The position numbers were made by a program, and so were the translations under genes. This document shows positions 1 through 12,650 of a stretch of DNA of 64,000 bases, piece after piece. How positions within the stretch are numbered: the stretch's first letter is position 1; every line of letters starts with the position of its first letter. The notes below the pieces were generated by a model. That model was not told the origin of the DNA. It was given only the letters and a program-made list of their open reading frames with translations, and made no database searches. The stretch lies in the NCBI GenBank assembly GCA_030390025.1, contig CM059440.1:17918001-17982000 (forward strand). The letters run 5' to 3'. This DNA comes from Squalus acanthias (Eukaryota).

Positions 1-199
1 CTGCAGGCTGCCATTGCTCCAATATGCTGCATCGGAGTGCAGGTCACAGATTGTGCCAAGAAATCAGCATGTGGGGAATGGTGGAGGTGAATTCGAACAA
101 TAATCCACAGGTCAGCACACCAGTACACAAACACTCAATGCCATTTATTCCTGTTGGTAACACTACAGTGGGCCACAAGTGCCTACATATATTTTTTTT

Positions 200-895
200 C
201 CAATGTCTTTTCTCTTTTCAATTCTCTCGCCTCTTCCCTTGAAGGCATGAGTTCTTGCCGGGGTTCGGGTCCCACAGACGTCAGGCAGTTTTCCAGTTCT
301 TCCTCCAGAGCGGAGCCTAGGCAGTAGGTGTTAACTTGTGATCCCACAGAGAGGCATTACAGCAGAAACTAATCCTGCAATCTTTCGGTTGAGACATTAA
401 ACTGACGCCCCGTCTGCTCTTTCAGGTGAACGTAAAAGATCCTACTGTACTATTTTGAAGAAGAGCAGGGGAGTTCTCCCCCCCTTGGGCCAATATTTAT
501 CCCTCAACCAACATCACTAAAACAGATTATCTAGTCATAATCACATTACCGTTTGTGGCAGCTTGCTGTGTTCAAATTGACTGCCGCGTTTCCGACATTA
601 CAACAGTGACTACACTTCAAAAAGTACTTCATTGGCTGTAAGGCATTTGGGACGTCCCAAGGTTTTGAAAGGTGCTGTACAAATGCAAGTCTTTCTTTCT
701 TTTTACCTTCGCCCAAAATACATCTCTCACACTTTCCAGCAGAGGAGCCTGGATAGCAATCAGGGGCAGGAACACTGGCTCAATTTCCATTCTCCATCCC
801 AACTGCTGTCTTGGTTGAGATCAGCTTACTCAGCAGAGACCGGGCTTAAACCGGGAACATTGCCGACTCGTGTTGCTCAGTTTCCATTGATTTGA
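200..895 (-). mobile_element. Old tRNA-like SINE family B (AmnSINE2-like), split by a DeuSINE at ~380-700
   Basis: 200-378 and ~705-895 are reverse complements of the 3' and 5' parts of the repeat seen at 40030-40395 and 30270-30585 (e.g. ctttccagcagaggagcctggatagcaatcaggggcaggaac). Confidence 0.7.
380..703 (+). mobile_element. DeuSINE/SacSINE1-like SINE, 5'-truncated
   Basis: Deu-domain-like tctttcggttgagacattaaac...gtaaaagatcc and tail aaatgcaagtctttctttc; matches copy at 58914-59385. Confidence 0.85.
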
Positions 896-1499
896 GGAAC
901 TTTTTGCAACAGGAAAAAAAAATGAAAATTCATGCACTTCATACATTGATATCTTACCCACGTGCACCGAACACGTCGGCTAGGCTGCATGTTCTTGGGT
1001 AGAATGGTCCTGGGCTGGTTTAACCCCCTCCCCTTGCTCCCCCACCCCCACTTACCCATGCCCCTACAGATTGAGATGGCTGCTCCTCTTTCATTATTCT
1101 AGCTGCACTAATTGGCCTTCCTCTTAGAGTTCCTGGGAGAGGTCTAGGAAGAGGCCACAGGTTGCCTGGTATTTGCCCGATTTCATGTGTAGGCTGCAAT
1201 TCTGATACATGGTGGATATAATCAAGTTTATCCTGCAAGGTCTAAATTATTTATACACTTATTATTCCCTTGTATCAGAGAAACATTTATTAAGTTGTTA
1301 TTTGCTTTGGAGTTCCCAGAATCTAACGCATCATCACAATGTGACATTTACCTTAAAACATGTAAACTGCTAAAGGCAGCAGAATAATGCATTTAAAGTA
1401 ACAATGGGCAAATCCCGGTGTACATGGGGAAATCCACTTCCACCAGCATTATATTTCTTGTAATATATGTGTGAAGTCAATCCGTGGACAGACTGGATA

Positions 1500-2050
1500 A
1501 ACTGAGGGGAAGTAACTGTGGAGGTGGGGGAAAGAGAACAATAAAAATCAGGATGCCATGAAGAGGAGGGGGTGAGGGGAAATGGGGCAACTACGCCTTG
1601 CTGGGGGTGGGGCTTTCAAATCTTTTATTAGTACCTATATTATTCAATATTTGAATCCAGTGATGGAGAGAGAAGAGAAAGATGGGGAAGGAAGAAAGAG
1701 TCAGACAAAGGGGGGAGGGGCAGAGTTACAAAGAGAGGGCGAGGTAAACGGGGAGAGAGAGAGAAGGGATTTAGAGTATTATGAGAGATACACAAGGCAA
1801 GAGAGGGAGGATAAATACTAAGTATTACGAAATATCTACAGCATGGAAACAGACCATTTGGTCCAACAGGTCCATGCTGGTGTTTCTACTCCCACCTTAC
1901 TTCATCGAACCCCAATAGAGGAAGGAGAGGAGATAAAATAGAGGAGGGCGAGAAGGAGGAGGAGAAAGAAGAAAAACAGATCAGATGAGGGCTGGGGAGG
2001 GGGGGGGGGGGGGGGGAGCAGCAAAGGCACCAAACAGAATCAGGGATGGA
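1500..2050. repeat. Purine-rich (GA/G) low-complexity tract with a G run at ~1994-2015 and a short CR1 3' tail remnant (-) at ~1836-1915
   Basis: Directly visible GA-rich composition; ctacagcatggaaacagaccatttggtcc is an antisense CR1-type tail. Confidence 0.7.
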
Positions 2051-3286
2051 AAATTCTACTTTATCAAAATAAATAGCCGCCCATAATCATGTCCATTTTA
2101 TGCTTGTGGTCAGTCTGCAGAGAGGGATTCCAAGGACCAGCAATGCCTGGAGGACAGAAATCAACACATAATTCAGATTTATTTTGCGGGCAAACTGGAC
2201 AGGTGTCGGAGAAAGGGCCCAGGCTCCAACGTCTGTGTTCCCATCCCTACCAGGATCCGACCAGCCAGTCACAGCAATAAGTCTTCACGGTCACGCAGGA
2301 TATAATAGTCACAACCACAGCCCCTCCCCAAAACAAACACAAAGTGATGTATTGATTGAGGCAAGTTTGGAAAAACAGCTAAACGTGGTTGAAATATGCA
2401 AAGAAAAGATTAAAATGTTTCAAATTGAGAAAAAAAAACTACTAGCCCAACACTGACTATTGAAGCTTTGTTCTTTATTAATTTTACGGATTTTATTTCT
2501 TTGACTTTTTAAGTTATCCTTTCGTAGCGCGAGTTAGAAATAGCTTTACAGCCTTGCTGACAAGACGTGACCAGGAAAATATATTACTGTACAAATAAAA
2601 CTAACAATAACATGCAATAAACTCAAGCGGAGCAGAGTTGCTAATGCCTGTCTATGTATCTGCCCGGGCGAGAGACATTCCAACACATTTCTATAGCAAG
2701 CCTAGTAACTCTGCCACATTCATGGGGAGTCTCACATGGGAATCACTATCTCCAACCCCCTCCTGTATTATGGATTGTGCTGGTAATCCCTTTGAAGATG
2801 TATCTGTCCCAACATTCCTAGTAATAATGAAAGCCCCCTATCAAAACTATGGGGTTTTCACCATAGCTATGGATGCTGGATAGGCTTCCCTCCCTTGCAG
2901 TCTTTCATCCTCCAGTGAAGGAAAGCAAGAAGGAAAAACTTGCAATTCTCAGTCAATTGGGCTGTGAAAGACAGAAAGTGAAATAAAGGAAAAGGGAGAC
3001 AGAGAGAGAGAGAAACACAGAAACGATGAGAGACTAGTATATTAATTTGCCCCTGGACTCATGGGATGGCCGCAGCCTGCTGCTTTCAGCCATGTTTGGT
3101 TTTGGTTTGACAATGCCTCAGGTTTATGACCCATGACTGATAATCTCCCACCTGGAATTTGCCCAATGTCGACAGCTCTGCTACATGGACATCACTCCCA
3201 CCTTTAAAGAGGACCATCCATATGTTCAGTTTAGTTGTGCTTTTTGAAGTCAGAATGGTAAGGAGGAAAACAGACTCTTTGTCAAT

Positions 3287-3555
3287 AAGAAGGACAAGAG
3301 CAGCAGGTGCATGGGAACACCATCACCTCCAAGTCACACACCATCCTGACTTGGACGTATATCGCCGTTCCTTCATCGTCGCTGGGTCAAAATCCAGGAA
3401 CTCCTGACCTCGTGGCACTGTGGGAGCCCCTGCACCACACGGACTGCAGTGGTTCAAGAAAAAGGCTTACCACAACCTTCTCAAGGGCAACTAGGGATGG
3501 ACAGTAAATGCTGGTCCTGCCAGCGACACCCATATCCCAAGAATGAATTTAAAAA
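3287..3555 (+). mobile_element. 3' end of LINE family B (CR1/L2-group, clade unassigned)
   Basis: agaaggacaagagcagcagg...aagggcaactagggatgg...gccagcgacacccatatcccaagaatgaat; same sequence as 28975-29190 and antisense 15725-15990. Confidence 0.75.
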
Positions 3556-5059
3556 TGCAATTTGTAAACTTACAACACCGCCAAGCATGTTCAAATCTGA
3601 AAAACTTCAGCTTTTGAAGCATGAGTTTCAATGCATGCAAGAAGGATGCTGAGGATTCATTTATTGTTGATGATGGAAAGACAGAGATCTGGCCATTAAA
3701 GCTCCACTCAGAGCTCTCCATCCCAACCACGTTGGTACGATCTTAACCCTTTGTCCATCTCCTCAGTGGCACCAAGTTTCTAGATTGTAGAAAGAAGACT
3801 GAGGGCGGGGAGGGGTTCCACAGCTTTGAGATGCTGGGAAATAAGAAGTCAGAGTAGGAAATGGTGCAATGAGTCTTGTTGCAGGGAGAATGAAGAGTGT
3901 GCAAGATAGCATTCACAGACTTTGGGAGGAACAAGAGGGAACATTCAAAGGAGTAATGATTGTAACAGCAGTGATAGAATCGAGAAAAATGAAGGCTGAG
4001 ATGGATCGAGGGAGAGAGATGCAAGGCTGGAATTGAACAAAGAGTTCCCCGTCAGATGAGAAGCTTGCAGAAAAAAGATACATTTAATTTGTAGTTTCAG
4101 TGCCATAGAATCCCATTTTTCTTCTCCGAGTTCAGAACAAAGAACACCTCAACATCTACCTCAGCATGAATACCCACTGGACCAGCCAAAGACCAAAATA
4201 AGTTCTTGATTGCTGGGGATTCTACTCCAGTATCGATTATTTTCTGCTTCAGAGAAGATGCTCGATGAGCTCCGATGTTGCTCACTGAACAAAGGCCGCA
4301 GACTGTCAGATTCCTCATCAATAGGTATTAAAAATAAATATTTTTCTCAGACAACTGAAGTGTTGTAAAAACAGTTTTAGTGTCCAATAAACTGTAACCA
4401 AGACATTACATTGCTGGCCAGAATTTTTCCCGGGATTAAATCAACTTGGTGATTGGATTTTTTTAAAAACTCACCAGCCCCTGCTGACTTCCATGTTGTA
4501 GTAAATTTACAATAAACTATCCCCTTGACAAATGTATATCCAACTCACAGTCATTAGATTTTAAAACAAAAACCCGCAGCAGCCCCTTGCAATCCCTCTC
4601 ATTCCTCTGCTGATGACTCCACTTCCAAACTGCAGACTGTATTTCAGTTCCTTGTGGCAATACTTGAAGTTGGCTTCCAATGGTCTCATCTTGGATTTTG
4701 GGGTTTTTATTCTCCAAATTTTTCCCCCATTTTCTGATTTCCCAAACCCTTCTCAGCCCATTTCCAGTGGCTGGGAGGAGAGAGAGCCAATCTCCCCTCC
4801 ACCCCCGACCCCCGACTCCACTACCCCATAATCTCGACCAAACTGGTTCTTCCACATCTCTTCGCAGATGGCTAGATAGCAGCTCAAGCCCATCCAGATG
4901 TTCCTTCTGGGGCAGTGGCCTTCCAACAACTAGCCTAACCCAGGTGAAATCCAGCACTCGACTTGAGTGGGGAAACCCAACCTCCATTTTATCATTGTGT
5001 GTTTAGTTGGATTTTTCAAAGTTCCAATGCATCCTTCAGATAAGACTTTAGACCAAGAT

Positions 5060-5880
5060 TCTGTTTGTCAGTGTTGAAGGTCCCACAGCACTATTCGAAC
5101 AATAGCAGTGTGTCCTCTCAGTGGCCTGGTCAACATTCCTCCCTCTACCAATAGCGCCAAAAACAGATGAACTGATCATTCTTCTCATTGCTGTTTGTGG
5201 GATGTCGCTGTGCACAAATGGGCTGTCGCTTTTTATAGAATCATATAGCGCAAGAGGCCTTTCGGCTCATCGTGTTTATGCCGGCTCTTTGAAAGAGCTA
5301 TCCAATTCGTCTCACTCCCCCTGCTCTTTCCCCGTAGCCCTGCAATTTTTTCCTTTCAATTTTCTTATGAAAGTTACTATTGAATCTGCTTCCACCGCCC
5401 TTTCAGGCAGTGAGTTCCAGATCACAAGAAGTTGCTGCATAAAAAAAATTCTCCTGTCGCCTCTGGTTCTTTTGCCAATCACCTTAAATCTGTGTTCTCT
5501 GGTTACCAACCCTCCTGCCACTGGAAACAGTTTCTCATTATATACTCTATCAAAACCCCTCATGATTTTGAACACTTCGATCAAATCTCCTCTTAACCTT
5601 CTCTGCTCTAAGGAGAATAACCCCAGCTTCTCCACGTAACTGAAGTCCCTCATCCCGGATACCATTCTTGTAAATCTCTTCTGCACCCTCTTTAAGGCCT
5701 TAACATCCTTCCTGAAGTGCGGTGCACATAATTGGACACAGTACACCGGCTGAGGCCTAACTAGTGATTTTGCCTACATAAAAACGGTCATTGCACTTCA
5801 AAGTATCTCGTTGTGTGTGAAGCATCTGAGGTATTTCTGAGTGCTGTGATGAAGCGCTACATAAAGGCAAGTCTTTCTGT
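5060..5880 (+). mobile_element. Diverged DeuSINE split by a CR1 insertion (5234-5768)
   Basis: attgctgtttgtgggatgtcgctgtgcacaaatgggctg before the CR1; cacttcaaagta...gcgctacataaaggcaagtctttc after it. Confidence 0.7.
5234..5768 (-). mobile_element. CR1 LINE 3' fragment
   Basis: ORF 5312-5746 (-): YCVQL.APHFRKDV.AL.RVQ.RFTRM...LFSLEQRRLRGDLIEVFKI...WNSLP, the CR1 ORF2 C-terminus, followed by a CR1 3'UTR. Confidence 0.92.
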
Positions 5881-6689
5881 TGCAGCAAGTCTATCAAAGG
5901 TTGTCTTCTTGTCTTCAGCCCAAAGTATTGCACTCCTCTGTAAACTGAAAACCACACCCGATTATCATATGGTGTACAGTTCCTGGTATTCACATCGACA
6001 GTAGAAGATTTCTAATCAGTCAGCACCTTATTGGCAGTAAGTCTGTTTACACAAGGATAGGGAGATTTTCATCTTTAGCACCTGGAAGGATATGCTGATA
6101 GGGTGAGATGAAGAGGGATGGGAGAAGGCTGTTGTGGAGCATAAACTCCGGCATGGACCAGTTGGGTTGAATGGCCTGTTTCTGTGCTTTAAATGCTATG
6201 TACGTAACCTGAGACCAAAGTGGGCAGTGCCCGAGGTGACAATTCAGTATTGTAAGCCAGTGTAATGAATGGTTACCCTACTTGGTGGTGGATGGAAGGA
6301 GGGCAAGAAACCTTAAAGTAAAAATATTTTCCTCTCAGTAATTAAAAAAAATATCTGTTTTGATATATGTTCTCGTGACTGAATGGAAGCAGGAAACCTA
6401 CCTTCAGATGGAAGGCCAGAATAGGTAGTTCTGTAAGTAATTAATCCTGCCTCCGCCCCGACCCCACGCATTACACAAAACTCGCCACCTGGTTTAAAAG
6501 ACACAAACTGCATCCGACTCATCAGAATCACTTTTGAAATCAGTTTAGTTCCTAAACTGCTGAAACTGAGACAATCGATTACCAGGAGAACTGAACAGTT
6601 CAGCTATAATTCGGTTACAAGCTAAAAATATATCCACCTGTCTGATATACATACATGTCTGATGCACTGAGGATGACACATGATGAGCT

Positions 6690-7050
6690 GACTACTGCAC
6701 GAAGCCATATAGACCAGAAGGTCCCAGGTGTGATTGTGTGATTACCCCAGTCTATGCTGGTATATCTGATCTCAGTTTGGCAGAGGTTAGTATAAGTGGC
6801 CTTAGAACCCCTAGTCTAAGATGGAAAGGGGGGGAGGGGGGGGGGGATAGAAATCCCTGGTCTTGATGGCTATCCAACAACTCCTGTTGTAAAATCCATG
6901 TGTGTGTGTGGATGTTGGATGAGACGGGCTTGTCTGTGATACCTCACATGCCTCCTCCGATGACACTCGCAGTCTAGGCTCACTCACAAAGAATGGCCAC
7001 TTGGGCAAGGTACTGGAGGGCAACCAGATGTCAGAAGAGGAAATCAGAAA
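6690..7050 (+). mobile_element. SINE family B (AmnSINE2-like)
   Basis: cagaaggtcccagg...gtctaggctcactcacaaagaatggccacttgggcaaggtactggagggc. Confidence 0.75.
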
Positions 7051-7969
7051 ACTAATTAATAAAATAGATGCATAGATAGACAAACAAACCAAGCCAGCAG
7101 GGGGTGAGGTTGGATCCAGATCAGCAGACTCCCCCAGCCTGGGGAAGGTTTTCCAATCTCTCCTTCCTTCACTCTCTCGAGGTGTAGGAATGAGTGGGTG
7201 GGACAGTAATAATCAGAAACAAAACTGGGGAGTGGGCGTGAAATCACTGGAGAAAATTAAATTGTTAAAGAATAAATAAATAACCGTGACACGACTAAGA
7301 ATATAACGTAATTATAATTAAATACAAATTGTCGTTCACAAATGTAAACAAGGCAGCTGTGATGGTCTGAAAATGGCAGTCAGTTCCCAGAAGACCAATT
7401 AACATTGACCTCTTTCCCCTTCTAATATACTGGGCAGGGGTTTGTAGCGTCTGACAGATGTAGCTGTGATGTCTCAGAGGACGGCTTGGTATTTTCAGTT
7501 ATTCCTCGGGCTGATTGAGAGCTTGACATCTCCGGAATCAAAACGCGACAGCAAATGCCGGTCTTCAGCCCCTGCATAAGGATGAAGGAGATGTGTGCGA
7601 TCATCCGGTCTTATCTACTTACCATAATTACCCTTTTTATGCAGCCAGCCACCAAACTCCTGTCCTTGAGTCCGTAAAGACCTGCATAATATGATTAAGA
7701 TACACAGCTAGTCACAGCCCATGATTATATCGAGATGTGCGTGCTATGAGCCCTAATTGCATGTGTACAGGGTATATGTGTGGAAAAGCTGTGTTGCTGC
7801 AGAGAACCAGAGACGGAGCTTTAAAATATATATTTATGTTTACATTTTATTCCCCCTTTGAGTCCTCTTTCACCATGCTCCCCCTTCCCGTACCCTCCCA
7901 TTGTTCATGCGCACCAACTCTCCACCCAGAATTCACAAGCCCAGCAGTCTGATCCTGCCAGTTTGTGAA

Positions 7970-8410
7970 GGAATGGATTTCCATTCCCCTGACGGAGCTG
8001 GCTCTCGCTGGTGTACAGTTCCACCAGCGTACCCCATCCTCCAGTACCTCGTTCGAGTCTCCCTTCTCCATGTGTGAGCCTAGACAGAGAGTATCAGCAG
8101 TGTGGGCAGTACAGTCAAACCTCCTCCTGTTGTCACACGCTATCCCATCCACGAGTCACTGGGGAATGTTCGCAAGTGGGGACCTCGGTTGAGTTTTCCG
8201 CTCCCTGGCCCTTGGGTTGCAGAGACACAGGCATGATGGGCCAAATGGCCGCCTTCTGTGCTGTATCATTCTCTGATTCTCTAATTGCAGCATTCCTACT
8301 GCCTTCCTGGCTGAGAATGGCGAACTCAGCAGAGACTAGGGAGCCAAACTGGGACCTTCTTCTGTGGCTCAGTCCAAACTGGGAAGAGTATTTACTTAAC
8401 TGAGCCTTCA
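7970..8410 (-). mobile_element. SINE family B, diverged, interrupted by a short CR1 tail (~8215-8280)
   Basis: ctccagtacctcg...catgtgtgagcctagacag and gggaccttcttctgtggctcag are antisense family B motifs. Confidence 0.6.
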
Positions 8411-9294
8411 GCGAGGAAGCACGTCCAACCTTTTAATAAGCATGGCGTTTTTCATTTCAGGACTGGTATATAGCAAGGCGGTCATTGTGCGACCAAACAG
8501 CTCTGCCAAATTCACAGTTACTAATCATTTTAACAGGCTTGTCGCGCCCCTGAACACTCCACTGAGAAGCCCATTTTGTGTACGAGCTTGAGGTTCCTCC
8601 ATATGGAGGCTGCTGAGCCTATTGCTCCTTCTGAAATATATCTCCAGTTGCTTCAGTGCTGCTGGCCTTTACCTGTTTTTAATGTTTTTCCTGATGGTAC
8701 CAGAAGTGTCAGAAATTGTCAATAAAACTTCAGTCTTCCCTGAAATGTCACCTACAGTTTTTGACATTTCCAACATTGCAGACACAGAAGGTAACTTGAA
8801 AAGCAATGTAATTATCAGTCAGTCTCCTTTTTTTTCTTCAGATCACTGGGCATTTCTCAACCTGAGCAGTGCATTTTTTTTATACAAGAAACTTCAAAGT
8901 GATATTGAAAAATAATAAAAGTATATTGTAGATTTTATTTGAAATCGGGTGCAGCAGGAGATGTAGCTTAGTTTCAGTTTTCTAACTCAGCAGTCAGCAG
9001 TTGTCCTCGTGTAATGACTGTCTGGTGGGTTCTGCTGATTCAGAGCATGGTTCTCCTGTCTGTAGTTACAGGCTGAGACACAATCAACACCAATAGCTCA
9101 ATCTTGTATTTGGTGGCAAGTCGCCCATCCTTACCACCAGCAAAAATGTTGTGTTTCTCTCTCCTGATTTACTGACAGTAAGGAATTCCCCAAGGGTTCT
9201 GGGTTGCGTGCAGTGCTGGTCAATGAGAGGGTGGGCTAGGCAGGACAACTAACTTTTTATCCAGTTTTCTGTACATCTGTTGGCAGTGAAAAAG

Positions 9295-9678
9295 TTAGAA
9301 TCATAGAATGGTTACAGCACAGAAGGCCATTCAGCCTGTCGAGCCCGTGCCGGCTCTCTGCAAGAGCACTTCAGCTAGTCCCACTCCCCCGCCCTTTCCC
9401 TGTAGCCCTGCAATTTATTTTCCTTCAGGTCCTTATCCAATTCCCTTTTGAAAGCCACGATTGAATCTGCCTCTACCACCCTTTCAGGCAGTGCATTCCA
9501 GATCCTAACCACTCGCTGCATAAAATAGTTTCTCATGTCGCTTTTGGTTCTTCTGCCAATCACCTTAAATCTGTGTCTTCTGGTTCTCAACCGTTCCGCC
9601 AATGGGAACAGTTTCTCTCTATCTACTCTGTCTAGACCCCTCATGATTTTGAACACCTCTATCAAATCTCCTCTCAAC
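9295..9678 (-). mobile_element. CR1 LINE 3' fragment
   Basis: ORF 9375-9677: RGDLIEVFKIMRGLDRVDREKLFP...QRVVRIWNALP; antisense (attct)-type tail tagaatcatagaat. Confidence 0.93.
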
Positions 9679-9943
9679 CAAGTTAATTGCCCTTGGATGG
9701 TTAATCTCAGTGTGTATGGTGCACATAGTTTAAGAGTATTTGCACATTTAAAGGAAGTGCTTTGGTATAAAACACTCCTCCATTCAGGTGACCTAAAAGA
9801 AGATGGGGAAAAAAATCATGTCTCTGGGAGACATTCCATTTCTCCTCTCTCTCTCTCTCCTCTCCTCCCCCACCCCACCTAAAGGTGCTGTCTGATGTTG
9901 GGACAGTTCCATGAGCACGGACCTCTGCTGATTTGCCCAAGTA

Positions 9944-10398
9944 GTGTCAGCTGTGGCTGCACTCTCACATCTCAGTCAGAAAGTTCTGGGTTCAAGTCCC
10001 ACACCAGAGACTTGAGACAAAAATCCAGGCTGACACTCCAGGGAGTGCTGCACTGTTGGAGGTGCCGTCTTTCAGATGAGACGTTAAACCGACGCCCCGG
10101 CTGCTCTCTCAGGTGAACATAAAATATCCCACGGCGCTATTTTGAAGAAAAGCAGGGGAGTTCTCCCTGGTGTCCTGGCCAATACTTATCCCTCAATCAA
10201 CATTACAAAAAAAAAACCAGATTATCTGGTTATTATCACATTACCGTTTGTGGGAGCTTGCTGTGCGCAAATTGGTTTGCCGCTTTTCCTACATCACAAC
10301 AGTGATTAGACTTCAAAAGTATTTCATTGGCTGTAAAGCGCTTTAGGACATCCTGAGGATGTGAAAGGCGTGGTATAAATGCAAGTCTTTTTTTCTTT
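9944..10398 (+). mobile_element. Near full-length DeuSINE/SacSINE1-like SINE
   Basis: tRNA-like head with B box gggttcaagtcc, Deu-like core ggaggtgccgtctttcagatgagacgttaaacc, tail tataaatgcaagtcttt. Confidence 0.9.
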
Positions 10399-10647
10399 CA
10401 AGTGACCTCCCTTTCTTTGTGGGCTTAGACAGAGTGTCAACAGAGCAGACAATTGTGGACCGTATCACAGCCAACTCTGATCCTGCCTTCACTGAGCATC
10501 CACACATCTACTCTTTCCAGTAAGGCCTCACTGGATAGCATACAGTGCAGCTGATTGTCTCCTCAGTGTAGCTGAGGTACGGAGGACAATTCTAATGGCC
10601 CAACTACAGAGGATACATTTGAGCTTTTAAGTTTATTTTTAAATTTC

Positions 10648-11080
10648 AGTGTAGCTCAGTGGGTAGCACTCTCACCTCTGAGTCAGAAGGTTGTGGGTTC
10701 AAGCCCCACTCTAGAGACTGGAGCACAAAATCTAGGCTGACAGTGCAGTAGTGAGGGAGCTATATTGTTGGAGATGCCATCTTTTGGATGAGATGTTAAA
10801 CTGAGATTCAATCTGATGGATGTTAAGATCCCATCGTACTCTCTGAACAAAAGGAGGGATCTCTTGGCGTCCTCACCAACATTCAGCCCTCAACCAACAC
10901 CAATAAAACAGATTAACTCACTGTTCCATCTTCTTCTGTTTGTGGGATCTTGCTGTCCACAAATTGGCTGTTTCATTTGCCTACATAACAGTAACTGCAC
11001 TTGAAAAGTAATTAGTGTAAAGCATGTTCAGAGGTTTCCCAGAGATGGGATAAGGCGCTGTATAAATACAAGTCTTTTAT
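10648..11080 (+). mobile_element. DeuSINE-like SINE, more diverged
   Basis: tagctcagtgg A box, ggttcaagccc B box, tail aaggcgctgtataaatacaagtcttt. Confidence 0.85.
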
Positions 11081-11721
11081 TCCTTAACTTTCCCTCTGCA
11101 GTGGAGACTGGCAATGTGCCTCGTTTGGGACTAATGCAGATCGCTAGAATGAGCTGTACTGGATGGTAATGAGTCTGAGCTCACAGAGGAAGTGTGGCCA
11201 TTTGGGTGAGGTACTGAAGGGGAGCCAGTGCCCAGGGAACTGCATCCTAGCAACACGAGAGGAGAAAACTAGAGAAATTAAACACCATTATGGACTTACA
11301 ACGCATTCCTATTTATTATTCTTTGCAGTCTGCATAATTTACTCAATCAAGCAAATCAGCTGAGTGGTAACATTGCCAGATGTGCCCACGCACACTCGCA
11401 ATATGCGAGTCAGGCTGGTGAGGCAGCATCATGTGACCCACACTATAGTGACACTAATTACTTTAAAGAAAAAACACAAAATCTAGCCTCCTTTCCTTAA
11501 GGCACTAACTCTTACTGGGGTTCATTTCCACAGGTCCAGGCAGCCAGTCAGTATCTCGCCAAAGTGCCTATTCTTCCTGTGCGAGCTGTTCGACTGTGTA
11601 ATGTAGGAGCCTGGTCATATCCTCACCCGACATCTGCACACTATCCAGGTGTCACAGGATAGTGGGTTTTAGAGACTGTTATCGGAAAAATATAAAATGC
11701 AGCATAGCTTCAATTCAACAA

Positions 11722-12035
11722 ACAGACAGCACAGAAGGAGGCCATTAGGCCCATCGTGCCCATGCTGGCTCTTCAAATGAGCTTTCCAATTAGTCCCAAT
11801 CCCATGTTCTTTCCCCATAGCCCTGTAAATCATTCCTTTTCAAATATTTACCCAACTCCCTTTTGAAAGTACTACTGAATCTGCTTCCATTATCCTTTCA
11901 GGCAGTCCATTCTAGACCACAACTTGCTGTGCAAAAAAAGTTCCCCTCATCCCCGCTGGTTCTTTTGCCAATTATCTTAAATCTATGTCCTCTGGTTCCT
12001 CCTGCCAGTGAAAATAGTTTCTCTCTATCTACTCT
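11722..12035 (-). mobile_element. CR1 LINE 3' fragment
   Basis: Antisense CR1 3'UTR acagcacagaaggaggccatt and coding end ...ctggttcttttgccaattatcttaaatct. Confidence 0.85.
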
Positions 12036-12486
12036 ATTCACTAGAATGTTACCAGAGATGAGGGATTACAAGTGGCAAAGAGACTTGCAAAATTAGAGTT
12101 GCTTTACACCAGAGTTCAGAAGGTTAAGGGGGGACCTGAGAAAGGTCGTCAGGATAATGAAGGGTTAAAATAAAATAAGCTGTTTCTACTAGTAAGGAAA
12201 ACAAAAACGAGGGGGCCCAAATTTAAGATAATCACAAGGCGAATTAAAGGGGAGGCTAGAAAAAAGAATTCTTTGCACAGAGGGTGGTTAAAATGTTGAA
12301 TTCTCTGCCTTTGTTGAGGGAGAGACCATAAACTAGCTACTTGCATAACAAAGAACAATATCAAATGGTATGGGGAGCAAGCAGGGAAAGTGGGATTAGA
12401 TTTAGTTGTTCATGTGGAGAAAAACAACAGCACAGATTTGATGGGCCGAAGGGCCTGTTTCTGTGCGGTAACATTCCATGATTCTA
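12036..12486 (+). mobile_element. CR1 LINE 3' fragment (older), head-to-head with the previous one
   Basis: ttcactagaatgttaccagagatgaggg (FTRMLPEMR) ... gggccgaagggcctgtttctgtgc...ccatgattct tail. Confidence 0.8.
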
Positions 12487-12554
12487 GTTTTACAATCTTA
12501 GCTCTAACAATGCAGAGAAATCAAGCCCAAGGATAAAGGAATCTCCTTCACATT

Positions 12555-12650
12555 CTGCACCGAGTGCGTGAGCGAGCAAGGGAGCAAGTGCGTAAGTGTG
12601 CGAGAGCAAGCGACTGAGTGAGCGAGGGAGCGAGTTAGCGAGTGTGACCG
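12555..12650 (+). repeat. Degenerate (GAGC/GAGT)n CpG-rich simple repeat
   Basis: gagtgcgtgagcgagcaagggagcaagtgcg...gagtgagcgagggagcgagttagcgagtg. Confidence 0.65.

Noticed and set aside
4517-5006. Overlapping 156-aa and 108-aa ORFs
   Set aside because: No recognisable domain, low-complexity content, no convincing splice context.
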